Source: Schizosaccharomyces osmophilus
Taxonomy: Eukaryota
Reading direction: 5' to 3'
Length of the DNA stretch: 64,000 nucleotides
Assembly: GCF_027921745.1 (NCBI RefSeq)
Contig: NC_079240.1
Span: forward strand, 1,178,001 to 1,242,000
The notes under the pieces were generated by a model. That model worked only from the letters and a program-made list of their open reading frames with translations. It was not told where the DNA came from and made no database searches. The stretch's first letter is position 1, and every line of letters begins with the position of its first letter. This document shows positions 49,537 through 61,320 of this stretch, one piece after another. Made by a program: the position numbers and the translations under genes.

Positions 49537-50198
49537 ATGTTTTTGAGAACTTTTCGAAGAATGCCTGCTATGTTGGCTTCGCGCCCTTTCCAAACAGCGT
49601 CTTTCCAATGGAAGGTTTCAATTTATGATTTTAAAAAAGTAAGTATCTCAATGACTTTCACCTGTCTTCAGGAATTGCTTTATAAAAATAAAGACAAAGT
49701 TTTTATTTTTATAAAGGAAATTATTAAACTTAAATTGGCGTTGGAATAGATCTAGCTAACCCATTGTTAGGTACAAGAATTGAGTAAACGAGCCCAAGCT
49801 GAAAGCAAAAATCCCATTTTAATTGGTAAGGAAAACAAAAAGCAGCTTAGATTCTTGTATTGACATGTTGAATGGCAGATGTTCGCGAGCCCGGCGAGTT
49901 TGAAGCAGGATCCATTAACACGGCAGTAAATCTTCCTGTTGGTAAATTAGAAGATGCATTAAAGCTGGGAGACAAGGAGTTTGTGGATACTTATGGCTTT
50001 CACAAACCTTCCATTACGGACAGCGTTGTTGTTTACTGTCGTTCAGGCAAACGCAGTACGGCTGCTTCTAAGATTTTGTCAGAGAAAGGTTATGATCAGT
50101 ATGTGCAGTAAACTTTTCTATTTTTCGTATTAACACGTTTTAGTATTGGAAATTATACTGGTTCTTGGCTTGACTGGTCTGCCAAAAGTGAGAATTGA
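49537..50198 (+). CDS. rdl2: Mitochondrial rhodanese/thiosulfate sulfurtransferase (3 introns)
   Basis: DVREPGEF, YCRSGKRS, NYTGSWLDW; presequence. Confidence 0.88.
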
Positions 50199-51012
50199 GT
50201 GGACGGGCCAGATTTGAAATGACTTGTGCTTCATTGAAATGCACATTCTCTCTTTGAAGTTGTTAAAGAGAGGGTTACGATTACGATGGATGGTACTCTA
50301 ATTGTGGGTTGTTTGACCTCGGGTTTGAGTACGTTTGGCAATCTATGCATTACTTCTCTGGTACCAGAGAAAGAGGTATAGTGGTCTCCGGAATTGAGCA
50401 AGAAGGCTCGATGAACGACATTTGCCTTAAAAGATGATATAAGTTGAATCACAATAAATGATATTTCTACAAAGAGAATAGATGCCTTCCAAAGGCATAC
50501 GACTAGCTATACAACTGAATAGAGACTTGGTATGACATTAGTACATACTGCAGATGACAGTAAAGGAGGCGTATAGTTTTAGAGGCTAGATTCCACCAGC
50601 AGTGTAGTGAACAAGCCTGTTTGCTTGCTCAATTAGCTTTCAGTTTTACGGTTTTAGAGAAGTTAACATGCCTGCTCAACTTTCTGCTCCAAGAAGCTCG
50701 ATCGATTTGTTTGTTAAATCAGATACACCATTCAACACACAGCAAAAGAAAAGAATCAAACCAATAAAGTGTAAAAAATAATAATAATAATAATAACAAC
50801 ACCACAAGAAGAAAACAATCCCTTTTGTAAAAAGAATGAATAATTTCTTCAAGCACGCTAGATTTCGTTCGTCTTCGTTATCTGATCGTTGACGGAACTG
50901 CTACATTCAACTCAGTCGCGTTCAAGTTCTCTTCTTGTACCACCAAGTTTGATTAACACTACCAAAACGCCAAATTTGTGAAGTCAAACGTTTATAATTT
51001 TAATCAAACATA

Positions 51013-51574
51013 ATGTTCTCTCGTTTGGCTGCTTCTTTTCGACCTCTGGCCGTCGCCAGTCGTCCTATGACTAACTTGCGTCCTTTACGGTTTTACAGCG
51101 TTGCTCGTCCTGATGCTGAGCAACGAATTTTGAAGGTTGTTTCTTCTTTCGACAAGATCCAAGATCCTAAGAAGGTATGTGTGAATGAATTTGCTCCTGT
51201 GAGGACTGGCGTTGTATGCTTGATACTCTTTCGTCTCCTTTCTTTATACGACAATTTTTTGTCTTAAAAAAAGAGTTGAAACGTCGTGCTCTTAATATTT
51301 TATTGGTTGCAATTTCTTTTTATATTGACAATTGTTCTAGGTTACCCCTACTGCTTCTTTTTCCAATGATTTGGGATTGGATTCTTTAGATGCCGTTGAA
51401 GTTGTGATGGCCATTGAAGAGGAATTTAGCATCCAAATTCCAGACAAAGATGCTGATGAAATCACCTCTGTTACTGATGCTGTCAACTACATTTCAAAGG
51501 CTGCTGATGGTATGTTGAAACAATGCTTCAATAAAACTCGTCTCTTTTCTAACTTTTTTTCCCTAGCTAAGTAA
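51013..51574 (+). CDS. acp1: Mitochondrial acyl carrier protein (2 introns)
   Basis: [20 protein letters not shown]; presequence. Confidence 0.93.
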
Positions 51575-52268
51575 ACATGAAAGCCTCTTTCCTTCCTATG
51601 CCTCCCTGCTTCTCTCAAAGAGCGTGTTTAGGATATGAAAAAAAAATCTACATCTCTAGCAGCCATGTTTTTCGTGGTTATTTTTGCCTTGGTTAAGAAA
51701 TGATTATCTTGAAAGTTAATTTTATTCATGTATTGTGAAGTTTCCACTTCTTAACTGTTTGAACCTTTGTTTTAGCTGTATGGTTTGTCTTGTAGCCATT
51801 GTTTAATCTTGAGAATCAATGCATTTTGATTCAATCGTCCATTCTGATTCATTCTATCATCGCACATACATATTATGCACACACAGTCAGAGCTAGAGAT
51901 AGAAAAAGAGAGAAAATACAATTTACACATACGCTGTTTGCTGCATTACGACCAAGGAAGCATCTCGTAGTCTGCTGACAGTCGGCTTGAAACTTGTATT
52001 CTTTACCATTCTCATTTTGATAATAAAACAACGTATTCTTTCTACTTTTTTATTACTATAGTTTACTCAATACGGAAGACATAGCAAAGCTTTCAACGTC
52101 AAAACATTCATCGATTAGACATCGGCTTAACCGATAAAAGTGAACCATTTTCAGGTTTATATAACTATCGAAACCATTAAGAATCCAAAACATGAATACA
52201 AAAACGACGTCAACGTGAGTTGACTGATTTTCCTACCGCTTCCAATAGCTCAAAGACTAATGATACAT

Positions 52269-53798
52269 TTATTCGGCCTTGGTGAGACGGAAGATGGAGG
52301 TGTGACCCTTGCCACCGACGGCACCTTGGAGGACAATAACGTTGTCACCCTTCTTGAGGAGACCCATCTTGTAACCTTGCTCGCAACCGAAAGCAACACG
52401 AGCATCAACATCTTGTTGCCAGTCGGAGAGGGCAGCCTTGTCATAAATAGAGGGGTAGACACCACGGTTGAGGTGAGATTGACGAGCACGTTGAGCATCA
52501 CGAGTAACCATGATGATGGGGATAGAGGGACGGTACTTGGAGCAGAGACGAGCACTGGTACCGGTGACTGACAAGACAATGATGGCCTTGGCGTCACTCT
52601 CGATGGAGGCACCGATGGCAGCGACAGCGGTGGTCTCAGTGGGGGTGTTGACGGGCTTGCGGCCAAGAGAGAACATCTCTTGGTAGAGGTTGCCGTAGGG
52701 GATAGAAGCCTCGGAAGCACGAGCAGTCTCAGCCATGTAGGTGACGGCTTCGATGGGGTAGCTACCCTTGGCGGTTTCACCGGAAAGCATGACCAAGTCA
52801 GCACCGTCGAGGACAGCGTTACCGACATCGGAAACTTCGGCACGAGTGGGACGAGGGTTGTAGGTCATGGACTCGAGCATTTGAGTGGCACAAGCAATAG
52901 GCTTACCGGCAATGTTAGCCTTGGCAATCATCATCTTTTGGGCGACGAAGACTTGAGAGGCGGGAATTTCAATACCCAAATCACCACGGGCAACCATGAT
53001 ACCGTCGGTGGCTTCAAGGATTTCATCGTAGTTGTTGACACCTTGTTGGTTCTCGATCTTGCAGAGAATCTTGATGTTCTTACCGTCTTCACCCAAGACT
53101 TCACGGATGTTGTGAACGTCTTCAGCACGACGGATGAAAGAGGCAAAGATCATGTCAACACCGTTCTTGACACCAAAGCGCAAGTCAGACTTGTCCTTTT
53201 CAGAAAGAGCGGGCAAGTCAACATCGGTCTTAGGCAAGTTAACACCCTTCTTGGAGGAAATCTTGCCGTTGTTGTTGGTGCGGACCTTCAAGTTCTTGTC
53301 ATCGATCTTCTCGATGACGGTGAAGGAGAGGATACCATCGTCAACGTAGATGGTACGGCCGACTTCAATAACCTTGGTGATGTTTTGGTAGTCAATGTAC
53401 ATGACCTTGTTGTCGGACTTTTCGGCATAAGCTTCATCAGTGGTGAAGATCATTTCGTGACCAGTGGAGACGGAGTAGTCTTGGCCGTCAATGGTGAAAC
53501 CGGTACGGATTTCAGGACCCTTAGTATCCAAGGCAATGGCCAAGGGGAAAAGAGGGTTGGTAGCAGAGGCCTTACGAGCGTTGTCGATGACAGATTGGTG
53601 GTATTCGTAAGAGCCGTGGGAGAAGTTCATACGAACAATGTTCATACCAGCATCACGGAGCTTGGACATAGTCTCAACGCTGTTGGACTTGGGACCGATG
53701 GTACAGATGATGGAAGTACGACGGTCGACGGCGGGAATATCCATCTCAGAGTTGAGGGATGCGACCCATTGCTTGGGAGACTTGGAAGCAGCGTACAT
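52269..53798 (-). CDS. pyk1: Pyruvate kinase
   Basis: [37 protein letters not shown]; extreme codon bias. Confidence 0.98.
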   Translation of the reverse strand: MYAASKSPKQWVASLNSEMDIPAVDRRTSIICTIGPKSNSVETMSKLRDAGMNIVRMNFSHGSYEYHQSVIDNARKASATNPLFPLAIALDTKGPEIRTGFTIDGQDYSVSTGHEMIFTTDEAYAEKSDNKVMYIDYQNITKVIEVGRTIYVDDGILSFTVIEKIDDKNLKVRTNNNGKISSKKGVNLPKTDVDLPALSEKDKSDLRFGVKNGVDMIFASFIRRAEDVHNIREVLGEDGKNIKILCKIENQQGVNNYDEILEATDGIMVARGDLGIEIPASQVFVAQKMMIAKANIAGKPIACATQMLESMTYNPRPTRAEVSDVGNAVLDGADLVMLSGETAKGSYPIEAVTYMAETARASEASIPYGNLYQEMFSLGRKPVNTPTETTAVAAIGASIESDAKAIIVLSVTGTSARLCSKYRPSIPIIMVTRDAQRARQSHLNRGVYPSIYDKAALSDWQQDVDARVAFGCEQGYKMGLLKKGDNVIVLQGAVGGKGHTSIFRLTKAE

Positions 53799-54794
53799 CT
53801 AGAAAAGTTCGGTTAGTAAAACTATCACATTGCTGCATTTCTTCAATACTATACAATCCATTGCTCTTTCCAATTCATTGAATTGATTTAGCAATGTCTC
53901 GTTGCATCTTTTTACTTACTTTGATGTATTGTGTTAATGGTTGGTAGAAGTAGAAGGGTGCACGGGGAATGCCTATATATAAAGCTTTCGGAAAATGTTC
54001 TCTCGGAGGACCCCGGTAACCAACATCTAGTTACCTCGGGTGCCTGAAATCGACCCGCAATTTTGAGACTATATGATGATTTGATAGAAACTGTTTGTCT
54101 AGAACTGTGTATAAGACAGCGCTTTTCCCAGAGAAATTTCGACGAGGTTGGTTTTCTTGGGAGCGACGCGTTTTGGGCGCAAAAAAAAAGATCCTTTCTC
54201 CCGTGTTCATGAAGAAATGAAAATACCAAAATTTTACTTCGAAAACGAACGTTTTCAGCTGCTTTTTCGGCACATTTTGACATGTAAACAGTCGTACAAA
54301 GCGGTCTGTCCAGTTTTGTTATTACGTACTTTAGGGGTGGTCATGATATTATGACTTCAAAATTGTTCCAGGAGCTTCGACCATCTTCCGAAAACGCTAG
54401 CGCGAAGTTTTTCCATGCGTCACTTCATTGGGTCGGGGGCGGGTCCAAGGTAACACTGATCTATTTGCGAAAAGAATGATGGTCGTCCGCATCACTAGAC
54501 CTCCAATCAAATGTCGTTGCGAAGTACACTATCAAACGAGTTACAGGTAACGGGGTTTGTTACCCGATAATACTTTGTTTACAAACAGACCCACCAGAGA
54601 AACACAGGAAAAAGAAAAGGTTGCTGCTACTCGGGATCGCAGGATCACAATCAATGAGGAAATGAAAATCGTTGTTATCAATGCTATCCTAGCTTCATTA
54701 TTACAAAAAAATTATTGAAAATTAAAAAATTCATAGAATTCCATTCGGAATCCCATCTTCTCGCAACCGTACCAGCCGGTCGGCTTGGTTTTCA

Positions 54795-57164
54795 TTACTC
54801 TTCACAAAATGTTTCGGCGATATGTATGTCATGCAGAGCGTAAATCTGGTCCGATTTCCTCTCCATCAATTCCAAAGTCTTCATCAGCTTGCCCTTAATG
54901 CTTTGGCGTCTGCGCTTGTGATACTCTGGTATTAGCGAATGATACCGTTTCGAGAACTTGTCGTATTGCTTCTTCAAACGGGTCAACTCTTTCGTCAATT
55001 GCTCCGTAACGCTCTTCAACGCTTTTTCTGGAGGTTGCGTTGGGCGCATTGTAATGTCTGCTGCTTGCAAAGGTTCTTCACTTCTCTCCCAAACATCACT
55101 ACTCTTTCCCACTCCTACTTGTTCGCGTCCATGGCATACCGTGCACGTTTCCGGTTTATGCACCGCCTTGCAATTAATAATGTGATCTACTTGATCAAGA
55201 ATATGCTTTGGTAATTCAGGCGATTCAGCTCTTTCTTTGCTTTGATTCAATGCCGGTTGTAATATCGGGCTCCAATCCAACCCTTCTTCCCCTAAATAAC
55301 TATCTTCCGCATATCGAGAAAAGTCATCCATAGGTCTCCTTTTCTGCTGGAACCGCTCCCTTCTCCGAACATTGGATCTTGGTGGTTCTGCTTCATCCTC
55401 CTCCTCTTCTTCTTCTTCCATGTCCTCTTCCTCCTCTGTATCCAAGAAATCGCTTTCGTCGCTCCATTCACACTCGGAATCCAATGCAAAGTTTGGTACC
55501 GCATCCTTTTTCCATTTCTTTTTGTTGTACGTTGGTGAAACATGAACTCGCTTTGACCGATGGCTCTTTGGCTTTTCATGGTTTTGCAACGCAAGCAGCT
55601 TCAACTCCAGTGCCTTCCTTTTTTCGATTTCTTTCGTCAATTCCTTCACCAGGTTCGTATTCTCCGGTTTGATTTGCTGCTTCTTTTCAGGTGCAATATT
55701 TTCCTTGTTTCTCGAGCCATTCTTCATCTCTTTCAGTTCGTTCCTGTTTCTTCCTTCAGAAGCTTCGCCACGTACTAACAACTTGTTCTCCCAATCAGTC
55801 AAGTTCTTTTCTTTTCCGTCCATTGGTTCTTCTTTACTAATTTGTTTGCCTTCCAAAATCAAAATCCTCTCCTTCAGCTTTTGATTTTCACTATTTAGTT
55901 CATGGTTCTCAGATACCTTCGTGCTTAGCCTCATAATATAGCTTTCTCGGTCTAATAATATGTTCTTGTACAGTTGTTGTACATGGTCGTATTGCTCTTG
56001 TATCGATTTCACTTGTTCCAAAAGTGCTTCTTTTTCTTTCGCAGTCGCTACCAACCTGGAGGCGATAGAGGGGTCGACGGTTTCGGATTCTTTATCGCCC
56101 AACTTTGTCATCAATTCTTTCGACATCCGGTCCTCCAGACTTCGTGCTCTCTTTTTTTCTCGAGTATACGCATCGGTAAGATGATCAATCCGCTCTCGAA
56201 GTTGTAAAATCTCTTCTTCGTAATCAGATTGTTCACGCTTCATTGCTTCGAGCTTCCGTTCTAGTGCTTTATGAGCATAAAACAGCTTTTCATCTGTTTC
56301 CGCTATTGGAACAGTATCCAGGTTCGGCAAGCGGCCGTTCTGGGAGGCACGAGTCATATTTTCGGTTGCCGGATCTTGGACTAGTTGAGAAAGATTCGTC
56401 ATGTTGGGAAGACGGTACGACGTTTGATTGTGAGCATCATAAGGTAGATCGTTGGAATCCAAATCCAATTGCTCCATCAATTTCGCCGCCGTTTTTAAAG
56501 ACGACGGTGTTTCCCGTGAAGATTGTTTTGCAGGCTGTGGAGTAGGTTGGAATCGTAAACCAGGTTTCCTCCATGGAGTTTCAGGCTTTTTGGGAAGACG
56601 CTCACTTGGGGAATCAAACAGTAAATTCCTATTTTGACGCTTGGGTAGAGGTGTCTGGTCTAACCCCTTCCTCAGCAAAGAAGGGGATTCATCCAGCATG
56701 ACTTCGTCGTCTTTACTCGAATCTCTCTTTCTCTGAAAAGCAGCCAAAAACTTATTTCGATAACTGGACGTATCCTCCGTTGCTCGATTGAGGCTTCCGG
56801 GATCCGACAAAGGGGGCGACCCAATATGAAACAAATTGTTACGGTTTCGTAATTGATTGAAGCTATTTTCTTCAAACGAATTCATATTCCTTCCTCTTGG
56901 TTTTTCTACGCTCGGGAGCGTACTTACAGATCCATTCATTGTGAAATCCTTGAAGTGCTTATTGATACTGTTCGACTTGGGTGTTTCCTTGAAAAACGGC
57001 TCAAAAGAATCTTTATTCTGTGCAAATGAAGGATTTGCGTTTTCCTTTGGATCGTAGGAATACGTATTGCCATTCAGCTCACGATCAAGGGCCATTCCCA
57101 CTCGAGCCATGTTCTTTATGTTATCGTCCACGGCAACGTTGTTTTCATCAAAAGGATCAGGCAT
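54795..57164 (-). CDS. ppc89: Spindle pole body protein Ppc89 (Cep57-related domains)
   Basis: SYRLPNMTNLSQL, coiled coil, H....CTVCH, TMRPTQPP..AL, KSDQIYALHD. Confidence 0.88.
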   Translation of the reverse strand: MPDPFDENNVAVDDNIKNMARVGMALDRELNGNTYSYDPKENANPSFAQNKDSFEPFFKETPKSNSINKHFKDFTMNGSVSTLPSVEKPRGRNMNSFEENSFNQLRNRNNLFHIGSPPLSDPGSLNRATEDTSSYRNKFLAAFQRKRDSSKDDEVMLDESPSLLRKGLDQTPLPKRQNRNLLFDSPSERLPKKPETPWRKPGLRFQPTPQPAKQSSRETPSSLKTAAKLMEQLDLDSNDLPYDAHNQTSYRLPNMTNLSQLVQDPATENMTRASQNGRLPNLDTVPIAETDEKLFYAHKALERKLEAMKREQSDYEEEILQLRERIDHLTDAYTREKKRARSLEDRMSKELMTKLGDKESETVDPSIASRLVATAKEKEALLEQVKSIQEQYDHVQQLYKNILLDRESYIMRLSTKVSENHELNSENQKLKERILILEGKQISKEEPMDGKEKNLTDWENKLLVRGEASEGRNRNELKEMKNGSRNKENIAPEKKQQIKPENTNLVKELTKEIEKRKALELKLLALQNHEKPKSHRSKRVHVSPTYNKKKWKKDAVPNFALDSECEWSDESDFLDTEEEEDMEEEEEEEDEAEPPRSNVRRRERFQQKRRPMDDFSRYAEDSYLGEEGLDWSPILQPALNQSKERAESPELPKHILDQVDHIINCKAVHKPETCTVCHGREQVGVGKSSDVWERSEEPLQAADITMRPTQPPEKALKSVTEQLTKELTRLKKQYDKFSKRYHSLIPEYHKRRRQSIKGKLMKTLELMERKSDQIYALHDIHIAETFCEE

Positions 57165-57793
57165 TCAGGTTTCCATTTATCAAGATTACTATACTAGAAA
57201 CAAGAATTTCACCTTTTTAAGCAGCAAAAAAAAGGAGAATCGAATGAATACTGTTTTGTTTACGCTGTCCGTTGTTTGTTGTTAGCAACTTGCAGCTTCA
57301 TGTTAAACGAATACAGTGATACAGGGCGCTACACTAAGATGTAAACAAATATATGTTGTCTAGAAAGTGAGGAAAACATAATCATAGCTTTTTAAAAATT
57401 ATATATATAGCATTTATTATTAATTGTATTTGTAAAATAAGTGAAAGCTGGTCAGCCGAAATAAAAAGAAAATTCATTTTCCTCGCAAGTAAGGAATGTT
57501 TTTGATATATCCTTCTCATAGCATTAAAAACAATACCTCTAATACTACTCATTTCCAAACGGTAAAGAGCCTTGTCGTTTAAAGCCCAAATCGAAATAAA
57601 ATTACAAAGGTTCATTCATAACAGAGGTTTTAAATTTAAATTTAAATTTTTTGAATTTCCCCAAGTTCATGTTTATTTACGAACGTTGCCCAACATAATC
57701 ACTATTCAATTTAACAATCCCTCTTCAGTACAATAATAACAGGGTTAGGGTTCATTGGGACATAAATAGACGGAAAAAAAGTTACTGTTTCCC

Positions 57794-57949
57794 ATCCTTC
57801 CACATTCAAGTGAAGTATGATGATTTTTCGTGTATAACCTGAAAAGCCATCCCAGTTTCTTCTTTTGGAGAAAGCTGCATGGAAGGATACTTGATTGCGA
57901 TGCCGGGCACACCTTGTTACGTTTTTCTGGCATCTATGAAAATCTGACC
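57794..57949 (+). ncRNA. Box C/D snoRNA, SNORD13/U13 (snR45-like) guide for 18S helix-45 cytidine acetylation
   Basis: 5' ATCCTTCC antisense to 18S GGAAGGAU; C box ATGATGA 57817-57823; ACCTTGTTACG 57911-57921 antisense to 18S CGUAACAAGGU in a stem loop; D box CTGA 57944-57947. Confidence 0.88.
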
Positions 57950-59137
57950 TCTGTATTGTATGTGGAATTATAGTTTGGTTATGTTGGTTCGCTTTGTAGT
58001 AGTATAATTGTTGATATATAACATTTGTGAGTGGTTATAAGAATCAAAAAACAATGAAATATGCATTTTACATACGAGGACGTGTATTTGATATGTAGTA
58101 AAATGTATAAGGAAGACTTTGAGAGCCAAAACGCGACGCGTCTGTAACTCATGGCTTCATTTATTCATTTGGTTTGTTTACGTGTGTAAATTGTAAACAA
58201 ACGAGATATGGTAAAAGGCAGTAATATTAGAGTCAGAGCAGTGGTCCTCTAAATCTTATTCTACTTTTCGTCTTTGTTTAGCACTGTGTTTTATGAGCCG
58301 CGTGTTCGATACTTATAATTTACAATTGGAATGTTGATTTTCCTGTTACCATACCAGTGTGGACGACATACTACTTGGATTTACGAACACTCCCATCCTT
58401 TCATCCTTAAAAAAATAAAAAATAACAAATGAAATAAATATTTCGATCTTGTATTGATGCTTCTATTTCAACTTCATCCTTTCTATTAAAACATCTTTTC
58501 CTAATTCAACGCTTCCTACGAACTGCAGGAGGTTAGCATTTGTACGAAAAGCATTAAGCATTAGGAGAGTTTAGTACAATCAGGAAAAAGAATTTTCAGC
58601 AACTTTATTCAGGCAATGTAGATAAGATTTTTTCAGACATCATTTTGTACTAAAATCAACTTTCAAAACTTACCATAAAAGACCTGATGTCTTTGTTCGC
58701 TTTTATATATATTTCTTGCTTTGAGCACGTATAACTAGACGCGGAGGTCAATATATAGGATATCTCCAGGTACCATGTTACCTCGTTCTCAAAATGAAAA
58801 AATTCAATTATTTTAGCAGGAGAGAAGAAAAATAAAAAGGGAAAGTCAAGTAGTAAAGATTTCTTGTGTTTAGACTGATTGTATAGGATCCTATTTTATC
58901 TGGTAAATTCTACTGGATCTTGTTCTCTTTCCTGGACTATTTACTGCTGAAGGCCAAACGTTGTCGACTATACCAAGACCTACGTTTGAACGAAAACCGA
59001 TCAAAAAATCAAAAAATTGGGATAGCATCCTTTGGATTCCTTTCGTGGATAATCATCTAATTGTTCTTTTTGTTTTTCTATTCTTTTAAAAAGCGATTGA
59101 AAATTCATATTTCTTAGATTGTTGAGAATACCTTGAA

Positions 59138-59471
59138 ATGGAACCTTTGCCTCATAAAGTGTAAGGCTATATAATTAAGAAACCTTTTTTTTTCCTGTTC
59201 CAATTAAAGATTTTTATCTAACGGAACATTATCTAGTGAAATTCGGGTGCCCTTTCCCTCAGAGCAAGATGCTAAGCTATGTATGCAAGTACTAGCACCA
59301 GATCGGGAGCTCAAAGAAGATCATGTCGCTAGGACACTTTCTTTGGACGGAAATTATCTAATTGCCAAGTACTTTTGCTCATCTGCTAGGATGACCAGAG
59401 TCACCCTAAACTCATTTTTCGAAAACTTGCACTTAGTTGTTGATTCTATGCATGAATTATGTTCCTTGTAA
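59138..59471 (+). CDS. pcc1: EKC/KEOPS subunit Pcc1; intron 59161-59236
   Basis: VPFPS...A......L.PDRELK, RMTRV.LNSF. Confidence 0.88.
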
Positions 59472-59741
59472 CGCCAAAAAAAAATAACAGCTACCAGAAT
59501 CGTTGAATGATCTTAAAAACATAAATGTGGCTTTGGTGTTGGTTACTTTAGTTACAATACTTAACATTCTGGTAAAAACCCTTGTATAATTAAAAGTGTT
59601 TCGTGGGTATTCATTATAGTTAATATACTTAATATACAAAAAGAAAGAAGAGACATAATTAGAAAGAAAGTATAAAGTCATAAAAACGATCGTTTGCTTA
59701 CACCTTTCACAATTCTCTGCCATACAAATGCATAGTTTTTT

Positions 59742-60810
59742 TTATGAATCCAAATTAGAGGAAGGATGGTCATCATTTAATTGATAGCTAGAGTCCATGC
59801 CGGTCGTTTCAGTCACGAGACTAGAGTTCAAATTTGTAAACTCTTCATCGTCCATCTCAAGGCTCTGCTGCATTTCACTCAATTGGCTTTGTGTGCTTCC
59901 TATAGAACCCAACTGAACATCCAAGTTGGAACACAGTTGACTGAGATAATTTTCAATAAAGCTTGAATACATATGAGCGTCATTTTTTGCTTTTTCCAAT
60001 GAATGTGCTATCTTTTCTTTTTCACCGCTGCTGTTTGTCATCGAGTCTCTCAAAGGCTTCTCAACTTGCTTTGTTTCTTCCAAATGCCTTAAAATAGTTC
60101 CTTCTACTCCTTGAAAGGTATCATTTAGCTCTTGTACCTCTTCGTCAACTTCGGGGTCCTTTTTCAAATTCTCTGAAGCAACTTTATCATAATCCTTTTC
60201 TAAATCTTTCTGTAAAACTGTATACGTTTCAGTTTCCTCTGAAGCTGTCTTCATCTCGCTTTCCACGATTCCAATTTCCTCCTTCAAAGCTTCTTTCTCC
60301 TCTTGCAGTTTCGAAATCTGAAGTTCGAGACCTTCGTGCATTTTTCGATCTTCTTTCATTGTACGCTGCTTTCGATTCACCATATTAGCGATTGATGTTT
60401 CTTGCATTTTAAGTGATTCTAGCAAGTTTATTAAATTCAGCTTTTTGGACTCAAGCTCCTTCTTCCTTCGTTTCTGGACATTCAACTGTGATTTCACTTC
60501 TTCTGTCTCTACCTTTAAATGATCAATTTCATTTTGCATGGCCGCTATCATCTGTCCGGATGATGCTTTTCTCGTAGTATTTTCCTTCACATCTGTGGAT
60601 CGATTTCTAGGGATCTGTCTTTTTCCAATACTGTTGGAAAGATTGTCCAACGTATTTGCCATATCGTGCAACTCTTTGACATTGTCTTTTCCATTTTCTT
60701 CCGCATTAACTCTTTTGTTTCTTTCCATTCATGCCAAACCATTCCTTACCTATTTCATCTTGTGTTTCCTGTATTTTGATCTCAACCTTTCCTGCACTTT
60801 GGAGACTCAT
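59742..60810 (-). CDS. rng8: Coiled-coil protein, syntenic with myosin V regulator Rng8; intron ~60699-60749
   Basis: Coiled-coil ORF between pcc1 and pta1; symbol from synteny. Confidence 0.6.
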
Positions 60811-61248
60811 AGAGGTTGATTTTACTGTTAAAGGGATCTAATAATTCTTGGTTCACTGAAGTTACTTTTCTTAGATCTCACATACCAGCACGTTTAACGA
60901 TTTCTCAGGTTTATACTGCGTTAAGCTATAGGAAGTTTTTAGCTGTATGATTGTAAAACTAATCAAATAATATTGTTTGTTTTTTATTTAGCTATTTTAC
61001 ACATGTAAAAAGGGTAGAATGAAGTGTTCTTGCACGAAGCCATGATTTTATCTATCTGTCGGCATAAAAGTAAAAGAGCAATTAGTATCAGATATATGCA
61101 AAACACCGAAAATTACAATCTAGGAAACCAAATGATTACCAGTTCAAAGCTGTGCGTTGAATAAGCTTAAATTTCATGTACACAATAACATAAATAGCAT
61201 TGATACTAAGAAAAAATAAACATAAAAGGATATCAATCCACAAAAATG

Positions 61249-61275
61249 ATATATATATATATATATATATATATA
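61249..61275. repeat. (AT)n microsatellite
   Basis: Directly visible in the pta1 3' region. Confidence 0.9.
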
Positions 61276-61320
61276 CGGCATTAACGTCCAACACTTTATC
61301 CAAACGATTGTAAAAAATAA

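Noticed and set aside
52680..53816. 378-aa + strand ORF antisense to pyk1
   Set aside because: Shadow ORF expected from extreme codon bias; no protein-like motifs.
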